DNA of 64,000 nucleotides. Source: Eukaryota sp. TZLM1-RC (lineage: Eukaryota > Protista > Metamonada: BaSk clade). Below the pieces are notes generated by a model. It saw only the letters and a program-made list of their open reading frames with translations. It was not told the DNA's origin and did no database searches. Of this stretch, positions 49,601 through 62,246 are shown in pieces. The translations under genes were made by a program, and so were the position numbers. The stretch is taken from positions 742,881 to 806,880 of the forward strand of contig JAUPSS010000010.1 of assembly GCA_040285825.1 (NCBI GenBank), written 5' to 3'. Position 1 is the stretch's first letter, and the number at the start of each line of letters is the position of its first letter.

Positions 49601-51948
49601 ATCGTTTGTCTTTTGAATCTACTGGTGAGTCATTATCATCAATATCTCCAGTGGACTTTTGTATGGCTTTTGATCACTATGTTCCTGGGTTTGATTTAAA
49701 TTGTTTTATTGATGATGTTTATTTCTTGGCGTTTGTAGACAATAGCAAATTATGTTGCAAGGATGCTCAGTCTAACAGAATTCAACCAAAAACGACTATT
49801 CATATCGTCGATTCTTCTTCAAATGTTTTGGATTCGGTAGAAGTTGATGTCGAGCCCCTTTTTAGTGATGACTGTTATGTTTCTACTGGACCATCTTTGA
49901 TTAAGCTGAACCTTGCAAATTTGGCCTTTTCTGATCATTTGGGTGATGGAAATGCAATTATTGATGGCTTTCGCTGCTGTTCTGGCCTCATTAGTGAGTG
50001 TTCGGTCCTTTTACCTATTAATTCCACATTATCAATCAATTTTGATAGCGAAATTGATATCAGATCTGTGACAATCACTGTAGATTCTGATTGTTCCTCT
50101 GCTAGTAGATCAACTTCCCCACTTGAACTTGTGCAACTAGCCTCCAACTGGGCCTGCCATTCAATACCAAATGGATTTGGGTTTGCTTCACAGTGTATTA
50201 CTTCGTTTTCAGAGTTGGTAGTAGTGGAATCATTGGAATTGATAGCTGCTCAAGATGTAAACTTATTAGAGATTGAAGTGAATGGTTTTAATCCTAACGT
50301 TTGCCTTGTTCCTCACAATGCAGAATATGGAATAACTTCTATTGGCGATCATGTACCTATTCATTCTGTTATTGTTTACAACGATCACTTTTTCTCCAAT
50401 TACACTGCTTTCTTGTCCAGTGTTGCAATGACTTCATCACCACAGCTCAGCATTGCTTCTTTTGATACGCTGGTGTATTCTGTACAATGTTATTTTCCTG
50501 AAAAATCTGTTATTTTAGATTATGTTATCCAAGCTCCCATAACTATTGTGTTTTCTACATTGGAAGTGACTTATAGCAATGATTCGATTTCTGTTAGTGT
50601 TGTTTGTAGAGATATTAATGGCTTTGTAACTTCTTGTGAAGGAATTGCTATTACTTTCCTTCACTCTTCCCTTCATTTATCCTTACAATATTGTTTAATC
50701 TTTGAATGTGTTATTTCTATCGAATCCTTCCAATCATTGGGAATTCAAGATGTTTATTATACTGTTGAGGGTTCAAATCAAATCAAATTGTGGCTGTTCG
50801 AGCTGCACCAGCAAGTACAAACCTTTTTTACTGTCAATGTAATTCAGTCAAGGACCTGTTATAATCCTTTTTTTGGCCCGTTTACATGCACTCACTTTGA
50901 TATGGAGTTTACAATGTTTCTACATAAATCTTTGTCGTCTTTTTCCTACAATTTTTCAGTGATTGACGTTGATGTGAGCTCTTCTGCCGCTAGTTTTAAT
51001 GAATTTCAAATATTCAAAACAGAATCGGGGTTGGAAGTTGTTACTCCACCGTTATTCGATTTTGATTTGATTTTTTCTTTAGATGATCTCAGTTATTCTA
51101 TTCAAGTGACTTCTGTTGACTGTGTTTTTCCAATGGTTTTTAATAACGGAGTTTGTGTTTGTGCTCCTGGCTATGCACTCAACTCCGCTCAATCATGTGA
51201 TAAATGTCCACGAAACACTTTTTCAGACCCCAGAACTGAGCAACAGTGCCAGCAATGTCCACTTGGAAGAATCACTTTTAATGAAGGGTCGTCTAGTCTT
51301 GGTGATTGTGTTTGTCAACGAAATTTTGTTGAAATTGATGGAGAATGTGTCAGATGTCCTGGCAGAACTACTTGCGAATACGGTCACATCAGCTCTTTCC
51401 AAGATGGTTTTCTTTTTTCAAGTGAGTTTCTACCCTTTGAATGTGTTCTTCGCCATTTATGCAGAAATAATACTTGTATTCAAGGTCATGAAGGGGAGCA
51501 TTGTTTAGAATGTTCGGAAGGATTTGAAGCTGCAGGAACTGAATGTATTAAGCAGTCAACAGTTAATTACGTCATTGCTTTTGCAACTGTTTTCAGCTTA
51601 ACAATAATTTGTATTTCAGCTGAGTTTTATTACATGGGAATTACAAAATTTAATATCGATATGGTAGAAAGTGCGGCCATCTTTAAACGAAATGTACCTC
51701 AAAAGGTTTTGAATAAGTTTCTTAAAAAACCAATATTTTCTTTATTTGTCGTTTTTCTTGTGGTTGCAGAGCTTTCTCCTTATGGTCTAAGTGGCTTACT
51801 TTCTATTATTGTTTCTCGCCATTGTTTTATCTTTCCGCGTTTTGCATGTCCTGCAGTTATTTTTTGCAATTTTTTGTTAAAATATTTAATTTTTTACATT
51901 GTTCTGATTATACTTCATGGAAAAAAAGATGAGACTTTGCCGTTTTGA
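34601..51948 (+). CDS. Giant (~5,800 aa) cell-surface protein: signal peptide, LamG/ConA-like domain, ~9 x 344-345-aa beta-rich repeats, IPT/TIG-like domains, Cys-rich GCC2/GCC3-like repeats, multi-TM C-terminus
   Basis: ORFs 34601-41830, 41796-43133 and 43177-51948 join by removing one extra T each at 41824-41828 and 43124-43128. GKLREYRVYDRAL (LamG), SG.NFG (TIG) and CDKCPRNTFS..CQQCPLGRIT motifs. Hydrophobic segments continue out of frame to ~52400. Confidence 0.85.
37220..46350 (+). repeat. Intragenic tandem repeat, ~1032-1035-bp unit, ~8.8 copies
   Basis: tcaacctcatctcaa recurs at ~37222, 38258, 39291, 40322, 41354, 42387, 43420, 44452 and 45487. Units are near-identical at DNA level. 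Confidence 0.95.
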
Positions 51949-53488
51949 AATTGCTGAGTGCTTTTTTTACTGTATTTTTTTGAGCATTTTATTTCCAGTT
52001 ACACTTGTTTCATATTTTTAGTTTATACTTTTATTTTGCAATGTCGACTGTGCTATGTTTGGTATTTTCAATTGCTTGTTTTTAAATCTACTCATTTTTA
52101 TTGGAGTAATCTTTACTGTTTCAATTTATTTTTTTGATATTTTAATTCCTTATTTCTATTTCGTAAAATTAAAGGTTATTCTATTTTTGATTATGGGGTT
52201 GCTTTTGAAGAAAATTGACCGCTATTTGTGTATGTTTGCTGCGATCTTTTTTTATAGTATCGTTTACTATGTAATTTTAGTTTTTTGTCATTTTTAGTCC
52301 AAATTTTCTGTACATATTTTGAATTTTCATCCACAATGTCACATTTTGTTTGAAAAAGTTTCTGATATTTTAACTATCGGGATACTTTGAATAAATATTA
52401 TCTCAAAAGACCTATGAAACAAACTTTATATTTTCAGATAAATAGCTATATTTTGTCCACAAATTTCGAAGAAGAAAACTCTTGTGAAATGTCTCTTCTT
52501 TAAAATTTGACATAGCTGTTTCGAATAAATTGAAATTTTCCAAGCACACAAGAATGATCTTGGTTGGTGGTCTGTGGTCAAGCTTGAGTATGATTTATAT
52601 AAATAGTTGCATTTGCATAAGAATTATCTAATCCAAGGTGAAGTGAGATACAAATATCTAGGGGAAGAGTTACAGCCTATCTGGTGAAGATGGAAGAAGC
52701 TCCATACTCTTCTTATAAAGCAATAATAAATATTGAACTCCAAGACAGTAAAAATAACGCGCTTAAATTCATTTAATGAAGATTTTCATCTAGAAAATCC
52801 TGATCTACTGCTTTCCTTGCTATTGCTTCTCTTATTCGATGAAAAACCGAAATAATCTATTGACTGAAACAAATTCAATTCGTAAGAGTCACAAAAAACA
52901 TCAAATCACTTCCATGTTATGTCTTGCACCGGTTTATGAAACTTTATTTTATTTATTTATTTTTATTTTTATTTTATTTTGCTTTGATGATTTGTATAAT
53001 CCATTTTACGATTTCCCTAAACTTTTTGACTCTACAATGGTGAAAAAACATTGTTCATTATTAATGGTTCACTAGATTAAATTGAATCAAGTCATGACAA
53101 CAATGTGCTTGATCAAATGAATTTATGTCAAGGTAGCGTATTTGAAAAGATAAAAGAATGTTTCCAAGATTTAAGTTTTCTGTGTATATCGCTAACGTTG
53201 AGTAGAGATGTACAGAATGTAGTTTACAATAGAAACCCCAACAAGCTCTAATTAATGAGCTGCAAATTAAGATGAAAAACACCAAAAGAGCAGTTGTCAA
53301 ATTGAAACTTGCATGTTTTGTGATCAACCCTACAACAACTTTGTTCAAAGTGACCTCAAACCACAAAACATTTGGGCGGTTGGTGGCTATCCAAAAATAT
53401 CTGATTTTGAAACCTCGACCAAAAAGTATATTAAATTCTTTATCTTAAAAGTTTGTTACTCAGGTAAAATTACTCACATTTTGAAAAA

Positions 53489-54760
53489 CTAAAACTCAAT
53501 ATCCTCAATACAAGGATGAAGATCATCAAATTTCTTGAGTGCGCGATTTTGATACTGATTTTGAATTGCTTTAAGTATAATAAAAACTATTGTATTGTGC
53601 CAGAAAATGAAGTTCAATTCTTTTCCTGCTCTTCCTTTTATCAAACATCTGAAACCTTCCAGAAATTCAATACCAAATATTCCAATGTTACCAAAAAGAG
53701 AAACAGCAAATGAAACCAGCTTAAACTTCACATGCTCAACACGCCCAAGCTGAGATAAAGGCTCCTTGTACTTTTTGATTTTGCTCTTTTCAGCAAAGCA
53801 AAGCGGGGTTTCGTCTTTTTAGCAAAATCAATTGCTGAATCCTTACAAACATCAACAGTGACAACATCAACAACTTTGATCACACCATCGGGCCCAGGTG
53901 TAATTAAATCAGCACTGCGTTTCCCGAAAGTATTATCATCTTCATTTTCAGATGACAATTTATGCACAAGTTGTTCAACAAAAGCTTCAATATGGTGGTT
54001 TTTGCACATAGCATACAGTTGGTCGCTAACAGCATTATAAAGAACTGAGCGATATGTAATATTAAATTTACAATTAAATAAATGATTCAGATTGATAAGC
54101 TGACCTCAACGACAAATCAAATTATTTGGTACACTGCATGGCCCCAGAAAACACCTCATCTTGAAGGCAGTTGTTATTGTTAATCATTTCATAATAAACT
54201 ATAAATATTTGGAATATGGGAAATGAGACAACTTGAGCTACTTTCTTTAAGATCAGTCAAAAAGTTCTCAAAAACGATATTTTTTTCTTAAGCCAAGCTA
54301 AGACGAACAGTAAAATCCTAGTTTTCAAAAACTTTGAATGTCTTTTTCTGTAAATTGGCATATGTAAATGTCAAGGAAACCAAATTTTGGGGGTGGAATT
54401 TCTTGAATATCGGCAGGAAAGAATTTGAACCAGATGTGAGAAGAGAGTCATTCAATTTCATTTTGCATAGACACTGAACAATCACTAACACAATATTCTA
54501 TAAAATGTTGGTTTTCAGGAAAACGTTTCAAAAATTCAAAGATAAAATTTGCCTCCGCCAATGAATGCGGCTTTACACAAATATTCAGATTTGTGAAAAC
54601 AGAGGCCGCTTAATTGTGCGCTAGAAAACATATGACTACGGAAAAAAACAGAATCAATCTTAATCAAATTAACAGAAACAACAAAATTTTGTTCTTAATT
54701 CATTAAAAATTCTGCAAAATTCGAAAGAGATAGATGGCGAGGTATAAAAAAACCAAAAAG
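53489..54760 (-). mobile_element. CRE-like retrotransposon 3' half (thumb, Zn knuckle, RLE), decayed
   Basis: FCRIFNELRTKF, CKNHHIEAFVE, RSADLI..DVVTVD, SFAVSLFG and terminal IEDIEF-stop. Confidence 0.8.
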
Positions 54761-54789
54761 TAGCCAAGACTTTCCAATTTAACACCATC

Positions 54790-55040
54790 ATCCCCCTTGA
54801 CGAAAGCCCAATATCTCCCAACCTAGATGTCCTCACCACAAGGGTAAAGAGATAGAGCATTCCCACTCCTGTAAGTACATTATCCAATGTCGTTCAGATT
54901 ACCACTGGTGGGTAGATTATTCTTACAAGACTTGATGATGGCACTGTTTACTTATGGAGTATTGAGGTAATGGACAGTTAGACAAGATCAACTTTCACCC
55001 AAAAAATAGAATCATTATCCAATGTTATTGATATACCCAG
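54790..55040 (+). pseudogene. RCC1-repeat gene fragment
   Basis: Frame reads IPTPVSTLSNVVQITTGG*IILTRLDDGTVYLW (RCC1-blade-like) with stops. Confidence 0.45.
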
Positions 55041-55240
55041 AACGTAAATAATAAAAAATAATTATAAAATGACATGAAAAGGTTGGCAACGTTGGAGATC
55101 AGCTGAGAGCGCGTATGAGGAGACCGATAGGAACAGGGCAGTGACATGGCATGACTTGGTCGACTTTTTCCATGGAGCATTGGTGACCTCACAAACTATG
55201 GATTGGGTTAACCCTACGGACAAGGTGAACGCATACAGAG

Positions 55241-55806
55241 CAGTGATCGGACACCACCACGTGGTTCAATTTAACCACCATGGTGGTTTTCTTGATGGTC
55301 AATTTCATTTCATTATTCCTTTCTCCTTTCTTTGTTTCAAATACCATGGCCTGGCAGCAAACACCCTGTATTTGAATACATTCCCCCTCATAATGCTTAT
55401 GATGAAGTGGAATATTCGAGAGGACGCCTACATGCCATATGTGACTTTTATTCAAATGGATGAATGCTGAAATAATAAAAATGATGGAAAAGATGGAAGA
55501 AATTGCAGAAACAGTCAATGAGCAGGATCAAGAAGCAGATTATTCACTGGATGAGGAAGTCCTACCGATCCTTGTTATTTCAGAAATCTCTATGTTTCGG
55601 AGCACATTGAGGAGGAATGATATGATCGATCTCAAATGTTTTTTTCGTTCAATAGTTGAATTATGGGTTTAGTATTTGTTAGTGGAAATAGACATGTGTT
55701 ATTCATAATGATTTGACATGTCAGAAAGTAACAGCATTTTACAGGCTCAAAAAAAACCACCACGTGGTTCAATTTTCCCACTTTGTGGGAAAAATTCCGA
55801 ACCTTG
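55241..55806. mobile_element. Non-autonomous hAT-type DNA transposon (MITE-like), copy 2
   Basis: TIRs CAGTGATCGGA / TCCGAACCTTG. Perfect 8-bp TSD atacagag (55233-55240, 55807-55814). Colinear with 785-1383. Confidence 0.9.
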
Positions 55807-56199
55807 ATACAGAGGGAGAGGGTTACTTCGAGATAAAACTCTTCGGGTGAAGAACAGCATTGCGAGAGACACTGTGTTATCTTTCAGAAAATATTATATC
55901 AAAACAGGTAGAGACATGACGAAGCTTAAACACCATTGAGGAAATGTTGATCAAACAACATGTAAGTTTTGGTTTATGTTTTCCACAAAACTATAGGAAA
56001 TTAGAGCATAAAATTCAAATCATAAATCAATTATCGTGGGAGCAAATGAAACACTAATTATCATACAACAATAAGTAATTGATTATTTTAATTGATATTA
56101 ATATATATATTATATATAATATAATATTAATAATAAAAATAATATTACATTATATTGATATATTAATTAATATTGATTACAAATTTTAATATTTTTATT

Positions 56200-57212
56200 T
56201 TAGTTGATTGTTTTTGTTGGTTATGCTACTTTTGGTAATGCTATTTCTGCATTTAAAGAAGAAACTTCAAAAATCGACGTAGAAAAACGGGGTCGATGTT
56301 TTCCCCAATGTTTCCATGGCAATATTTCTGAAGAGAATAATTTAAATTTAAAATACACTGTTCGAACATTACAAAACGATTGACTGAAATGTATTAACAA
56401 GAAAAATACCTTTTAAAAAATATATCCATCTTGGCTGTTTTAAATCAAGATCTCCACTCATTGTTATGGGAAAAAGGTGTTGTGAAAATCAGTCATCAGA
56501 TTGGTCACTGTTTGTGACCACTGTGCTACGAAGTTTTGGACTGTGTGCTAATGATGAAGCGTTTGTAGCAAAAATGAGATTATATTTGAATATTCCCATT
56601 AATATCAAAAGAAAAATGTATTTGTTTGAATTCACCTCAGCTCACTTTGCTTCATGCTTTGAATTGTTCGAAATTGATAACTCATCGTTCTTCATTACAT
56701 GATGTTGTTAGAGAGACTGTTTTTAATATGGCACGAAATGCAAGAATCTCGTGTATCAAAGAACCTCTGTTGAAGGAAACACTGTCATTAAATAATTTTG
56801 GTTTTGATGATCGAGGTGATGTATACTGTGATTGGGTTGATAACTATAAAGCTGTTGTTGACTTTGTCTCCTGTAATGTTGTAAATGACACTTTGGTTCA
56901 CAGAAGAAAACTTAATCCTATAGGTGCTCTTGGATTTAAAGCTAAAGAAAAACATAGAAAATATGACAAAGATATCGAAGAATCTAATGCTGATAGAAAT
57001 AGACCACTTGTCTTATTGCTTTTTTCATTTTCTATAAACGAAAGACTATTAGTAGAAGGTGCAACTTCTTTGAATGTTTTTTCAAAAAATGGTACAAAAA
57101 AGAAAAAAAAAGATTTGAAATCTTTTTATGGCGCTCTCGAATTCAATTTCCCATTGTTAATAGATTACCTTGGTTTTTCAATCGAATAAGAGAAGCTTTA
57201 GTTAGACAGCAA
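56200..57212 (+). mobile_element. CRE-like retrotransposon 3' fragment (Zn knuckle + RLE), same subfamily as 18620-21700
   Basis: MRLYLNIP, HALNC..HRSSLHDVV, KEPLL, RGDVYCDW and KAKEKHRKYD. Confidence 0.85.
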
Positions 57213-57900
57213 GCACATATATAAACATATATATATATATAAACACATAAGAAACAAAATTCTCCACGCCAACTCTTGATGAATCCTTATACAGCTTGGA
57301 CATCATTAAATTTAAATATTTGGGATCACTTCTATACAAATAAAAAATGATACGATTCTTCCATAAAAACACAGCAAAATTCTTACCACTTGAACGACAA
57401 AAATTATCAAAATCATTGAGAAAATTCAAACCAGACTGACCAATGTTACTAAAAATCGAGAAGGCAAAAGGAACAAAAGAAAACTTGGAGTAATGGTTCT
57501 TATTGAAATCATTCAATAACTCAGTATATTTGTCTCGTTTACAAACCTCAGCCTTGTTCAAGTGGCCATTAGAACTAACTAAGACATCATCAAGGTAAAA
57601 TGAAGCAAAAGGATCAACAGTAGTAAAATCAACAACAATTTGAAAGGAATTTATAAAATGAGTAATTAAATCACCATGACAAGAATCAAAGAAATTATTA
57701 TCGCTATAATGCTTTAACAAGGGTCTACTTTGCAACTCAAATTGTAACACTGAAACATTTCATATGTCACATCACGAACAGCATTATGAAGAACTGACCG
57801 ATATTGAAGAAACTTCTTACAACTCCCAATTTGACGGAAATTGGCAGTCGGTTTTTCGTTACAAATACAAACAGAATTATCCAAAAGTCCACTTAAATAA
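57213..57900 (-). mobile_element. RLE domain fragment of a further, divergent non-LTR subfamily, tail-to-tail with the previous element
   Basis: HGDLI..VVDFTTVDP..KAEVCKRDKY..FVPFAFSIFSNIG (PD-(D/E)xK RLE). Upstream CIC..YRSVLHNAVR. Confidence 0.75.
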
Positions 57901-58889
57901 AACCATTAAATTGTAAAAAAATTTCACTTTGAAATAACTTTCTAAAATGGATTGATCCAACTTGGAACAAAAAAATGTTTCAAGTTGTGTCATCCAAATT
58001 GGTTTCATGTTGTTTTCTAGAGTAAGTCTATCCATCTATCTATCTATGTAAATATTAATACAAAGGATTAATACAAATACAACGTGGCAACCAGGACTGC
58101 ACACTCTTCAAAAGATGTTTTGTTTTGCTGGAAAGACAAACGCTTGATATGTGTTTAATTCTGAAGCAGTCTGATGCACTGATATGTGATATGACAACCA
58201 AAACTTCAATCCATTGTAGATGTGGATGTATATAGTATCTAATGATAAGCAGAACATACTACACTGCATCTTACTCTCTATTAAGTAGCAAACAACTCAT
58301 GAACCATCAAAATGTATTGTAGAAGGACGAATCATTAATATTCTTGGCAAATACAACGAACCTCCCATGACTTTGGACCGACAAGTTTGCAAGGAGAACA
58401 GTGACAAAGACCATAGACCCAACAACTTTCACCAAATGCAACAAGTGCTCTAGAATGATCGTAGCCAACAAGGTTGTTTGATGCTATTGTATTGAAAAAT
58501 ACGGCTGATTTTTGCACAACAGCACAATTTGTCCAGCAAAACTATTTTTCATTTCTGCCCTTTTCAATGAACGTGCTGGAGGTGACTTTTTGTTTTTGCG
58601 TTTTTCACTGTAAATGGTACACTTAACAGATAATTTGAACAAAGTTATTGAATTATTCAGGTCTGTTCAAATTGATAGTTTCCGAACATCTTGAGAGAAT
58701 TCTAATAAGTTTAGAATCAACTATACTATACTATGTTGATACTTTATATTGTATACTTATTGTTGAACTGCTGTGAACAATCAATTCAGAAACCATGAAT
58801 GTAAAAAGTTATAACACTATGTATTCTGTATCAACAATTCCGTTATTTTGATTGAACAAGGTTGAAGTTTATATTATTAGTGACTGGGA

Positions 58890-59060
58890 TGGATGTCGTG
58901 GTTGAGTGATCCGCCGACACCTTATGGGTGTCTGCGACGACTTGCGTGTGGAGATCAATGAATTTTCCTAAATTGGGTACATAAAACAGAGCAATTACAG
59001 GGGCACAGATTTTAGGTGATTTAGGTAGGTCCCGAGTTCGAGTCTCGGCGGAAACATTTT
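58890..59060 (+). ncRNA. Structured Pol III-type RNA locus ending in a tRNA-Val-like 3' half
   Basis: AGGTC-CCGAG-TTCGAGT-CTCGG-CGGAAAC-A-TTTT (59027-59060) gives variable loop, perfect T-arm, Val-type acceptor strand and T4 terminator. A-box-like TGGTTGAGTGA at 58899. No complementary GTTTCCG with a D-arm nearby. Confidence 0.5.
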
Positions 59061-59351
59061 CAATGTTTGTTTATGGTTTATTAGGAGGTGATTACTTGTT
59101 TATTTTCATTGTTGGTAATCACTATGTTAAATTAATTTCTATCTCATCAGTTTTGATTGATAACTGCTCAGATTTAATCATTTGGGTTTGAGTGGATTTA
59201 GGTGAAACTTGGAAAGAATCTATACAAAAAATAGTAGAATTAGTTTACAATAAACGTGAAAAAAAAACAAAAAACAGAAAATATAATAAAAATACATTAA
59301 GATGTTGAAAAACATCCAAAAAACGGTTAATCAACCACCAAAAGCCACCTT

Positions 59352-60032
59352 TTAAGACCGACTGAGGTACTTATGTAAGGATTGGGGTGAACCATCAGAT
59401 TTCTTGGGGGTAACAGGAGGAGCTTCTTCTTCAAACAGACATGAGTAATCAGAAACTTGCTCAAACAAATGAACAAAGTCTACCAAATCAAGTTCAGAAG
59501 AATAATCAGACATTAGAAAATCAGTACTGATTTGGAATTTCTCAAAAGCAACCATTGAGAGAGCCAAAGCAAATGCTAGAGAATCATGAAGAATAGGATC
59601 GACAAGAGCTACATGACAGCCAAGTTTAACAGCGTTTTGGATTAATGAAGTTGATTGAAATTGAGTTAAAACACCTTGGGAAAAGCAATCATTCGCAATG
59701 GTGATGATCTTCTCAGTGATGGAGTGATCAATGTTGTGGACAGACGCTATGAAGAGACTCTTTTCAACTATTTCATCAAATGAATCACCTTTTGGTAACA
59801 ATGATTGAAATCGACCAGCAAAATCAGCAAGATCGAGTTGAGCCACACAACTTTGTTTCAAAGACAATATAAGTGAATATGAGCAAGCTTCAAACCCTGT
59901 GAGAGCTGGCTCCAAGACCTGCAATAGATCGAGATAGTAAACTGCATCTAAAAAAACGCTGGAAGACACCTGAGTAGTTGCTATAGCCTTAGAGATCCAA
60001 TCTACACATTGAGGACGCATTGAGCAAACCAT
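59352..60032 (-). CDS. Divergent cyclin-fold protein
   Basis: MRPQCVDWI...VFLDAVYYLD..ACSYSLILSLK resembles the cyclin box (MRxxLVDW, AVxxLD, KxEE region). C-terminal TPKK CDK-site-like motif. Confidence 0.65.
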   Translation of the reverse strand: MVCSMRPQCVDWISKAIATTQVSSSVFLDAVYYLDLLQVLEPALTGFEACSYSLILSLKQSCVAQLDLADFAGRFQSLLPKGDSFDEIVEKSLFIASVHNIDHSITEKIITIANDCFSQGVLTQFQSTSLIQNAVKLGCHVALVDPILHDSLAFALALSMVAFEKFQISTDFLMSDYSSELDLVDFVHLFEQVSDYSCLFEEEAPPVTPKKSDGSPQSLHKYLSRS

Positions 60033-61471
60033 TGAATACTGTCCCAGTTGGAGATCAGTTTGTTTTGGTTAACGTGAGCGAAATTGTCTTGTCAAGAAAA
60101 AATGTCGTGTTGATTCTGCTGTGTCTGATTATTCCTAGTATGCTCATGTCACTTCTTCCTCAGCCTTGCTTTTGATTGTCTTGTACATAATTATCTTCAT
60201 TAACAATCGCTCAACATAGTTGTAGATCGTAAACCTAGATCCAATGTTGGATAAACTGATTGCAAAGATTTACTTGTTATCTACTTGCTTAACCATTTGC
60301 AATACACGAGTTATTATCTGAAAAACACTGAAATTTGAAGATATCTATTAACCACGTAGAAAACCAAAGTAATATATTTCAAACACCCCAAATAGTTTCA
60401 ACCTCACTGCTATTGCAGATTTTCATTTTATCAATTCTCAATTGAAATCAATTGCCGAAGAACATGCCAACCTAGTCTGACATATTTGCAAGTAAAAATT
60501 GAACAAATTGTTGTCGATATTGACCATTCACCAACTTTTCATCCTTGAATGACAGTTAATTTTTTCAACAAATTTAGTTCACTTTTGGATATAACTTAAA
60601 GAATAATTAAGAATTATAGTAAAACAACTGTAATCTTGGCATCTATGATGAAGAAGATGGGAAAACATAGTGATGTTTTCAGGCAGTCTTTTTGAGAACC
60701 TAAATGTGAAGGCATTTCTGTTTTTTAATAGAACCTAAGTTCTATTACCTGACAACAAGTCTGAATACATAGAAAATATTGCTTTCAGAAGAGCTCTTCT
60801 ACGAACTCTTCCAGTTATGAACTTGCCTTTATGAACTTGCCTGGTAATTTGAAATTTTATTTATCTTCAAAAGAGGTTAAACATTTTTTATTTATTCATT
60901 TTTTATTGAACAACTTATGAATCAACATCGAAGTAATTCGTCACTCCCAAAACACAACAACTCGATGCAACTCCTTAATAGTGAGACTCAACATAAAGCA
61001 GGTCACCAAACACCATCTTCAACTTCTCATTGAAAATAGAAAACACATCTGTATTTTGCCAAAGCAATCTGTTAAAAATTCTATTGGTTTTTTTACAATT
61101 ATTTCAAAATCTGATAAAAAACGAAAAGCGGTCGGCGCAAGTGAAGCAAATGAAGAAAACACAAATGGATACAAATAAAGATAAATGTATATTCCAGGAA
61201 TACAAACAAGAAAACTATAAAAAACTACAATTCAAAGCAAGATTCAAAATAAGTGATCATGAGCAGAATGAAGGAAGAATCTCACTATTTACAGGTTCAT
61301 GAGCACGCATTTTCTGAAACTTTGTGATACTAGAAAGTATTGAGTTAAAATAACGTGGTAGTGCCTTAAAGTGCAAGAACACTATTCTGATTTGGATAGA
61401 CATTGTATTTCACATGATGTTGGGTTGTCAATTCAACAACTGATTTTTCTCTTCTTGTCAAAACTTCATTA

Positions 61472-62210
61472 ATGGATGTCGTTGAACCTCCACCAGCAAT
61501 TAAGCTAGCAGCAGACAAAACAGCCAAGTTCTTTGTTCGAAATGGTCCCAGCTTCTTTGAAAAAGTACGCCGTGAAAAGGGAGATCTTCCTGAATTTGTC
61601 TTCCTCAAAGAGGACCACCCCTACAATGCATTCTACCAACTCTGTGTCAAGAAATACCAAGAAAACCCTGATCTCCTTGAACGCAAGCCTGTTGCTACTG
61701 AACGTCCTCCTGCACCCCCTGAAAAATCAGTGACGGAAGTATCTGCTCAACTAGCCAGATTCAGAGAACGACTCCCTATCCCCTCCACTAAACCCCTCTC
61801 CCTTGACTTTGCCATCTCGCACCCTTCCGACATTGATCTCATTACACTAGAAACAATGAAGGTCACGGCACAGTATGTGGCCAAAAATGGAAGAACTTTT
61901 CTGGCTACATTAGTGAAACAAACTTCTGATGTACCATCGCTAAGCTTTCTCAATCCGTCTTCTCCTTTGTTTTCATTCTTTACAGTTTTGGTTCATAATT
62001 ATCAAAAAATTCAAAAATTTTCCACGCTAAAAGATATGAAAGAAAGGATTCATAATTTTACTCTTATTGAACAGGACAAGTTTTCGTATCTTTCAAAAAT
62101 TAAGGAAAGAGCTGGATGGGATCGAATGCAAAAGAAAAAAGCCGAAGAAACTTCTCAATTAGAAGAAGAATCTGTAGATTGGAGTGATTTTGTTGTTGTT
62201 CAGACTGTTG

Positions 62211-62221
<11 letters not shown>
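61472..62221 (+). CDS. SF3A1: Splicing factor SF3A1/Prp21 (two SURP domains plus Prp21 motif), minimal 249-aa form
   Basis: PPPAIK..DKTAKFFVRNG..FVFL..HPYNAFY (SURP1); MKVTAQYVAKNGRTFL..FLNP (SURP2); VDWSDFVVVQTVDF (Prp21 signature). Confidence 0.9.

Positions 62222-62244
<23 letters not shown>
62212..62244 (+). repeat. (TTGA)n microsatellite overlapping the SF3A1 stop codon
   Basis: About 8 TTGA units. Confidence 0.9.

Positions 62245-62246
<2 letters not shown>

Noticed and set aside
51946-51948. TGA as selenocysteine or readthrough in the giant gene, given the nearby yqeC
   Set aside because: Better explained by a frameshift in the adjacent A-run near 51920. No SECIS recognised, and YqeC is unrelated to Sec insertion.
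58678-58720. GTTTCCG as the missing tRNA-Val 5' half
   Set aside because: Not followed by a D-arm or A-box; likely a chance 7-mer.
58965-59026. U6 snRNA (CTAAATTGG...ACAGAG) or telomerase-template-like sequence
   Set aside because: Lacks the AGC catalytic triad and internal stem-loop after ACAGAG; the TTTAGG/CCTAAA matches are too short to support a template.
60725-60845. Hairpin TAATAGAAC-CTAA-GTTCTATTA, palindrome AGAAGAGCTCTTCT and a 14-bp duplication
   Set aside because: Short and AT-rich with no second copy in the window; compatible with chance.
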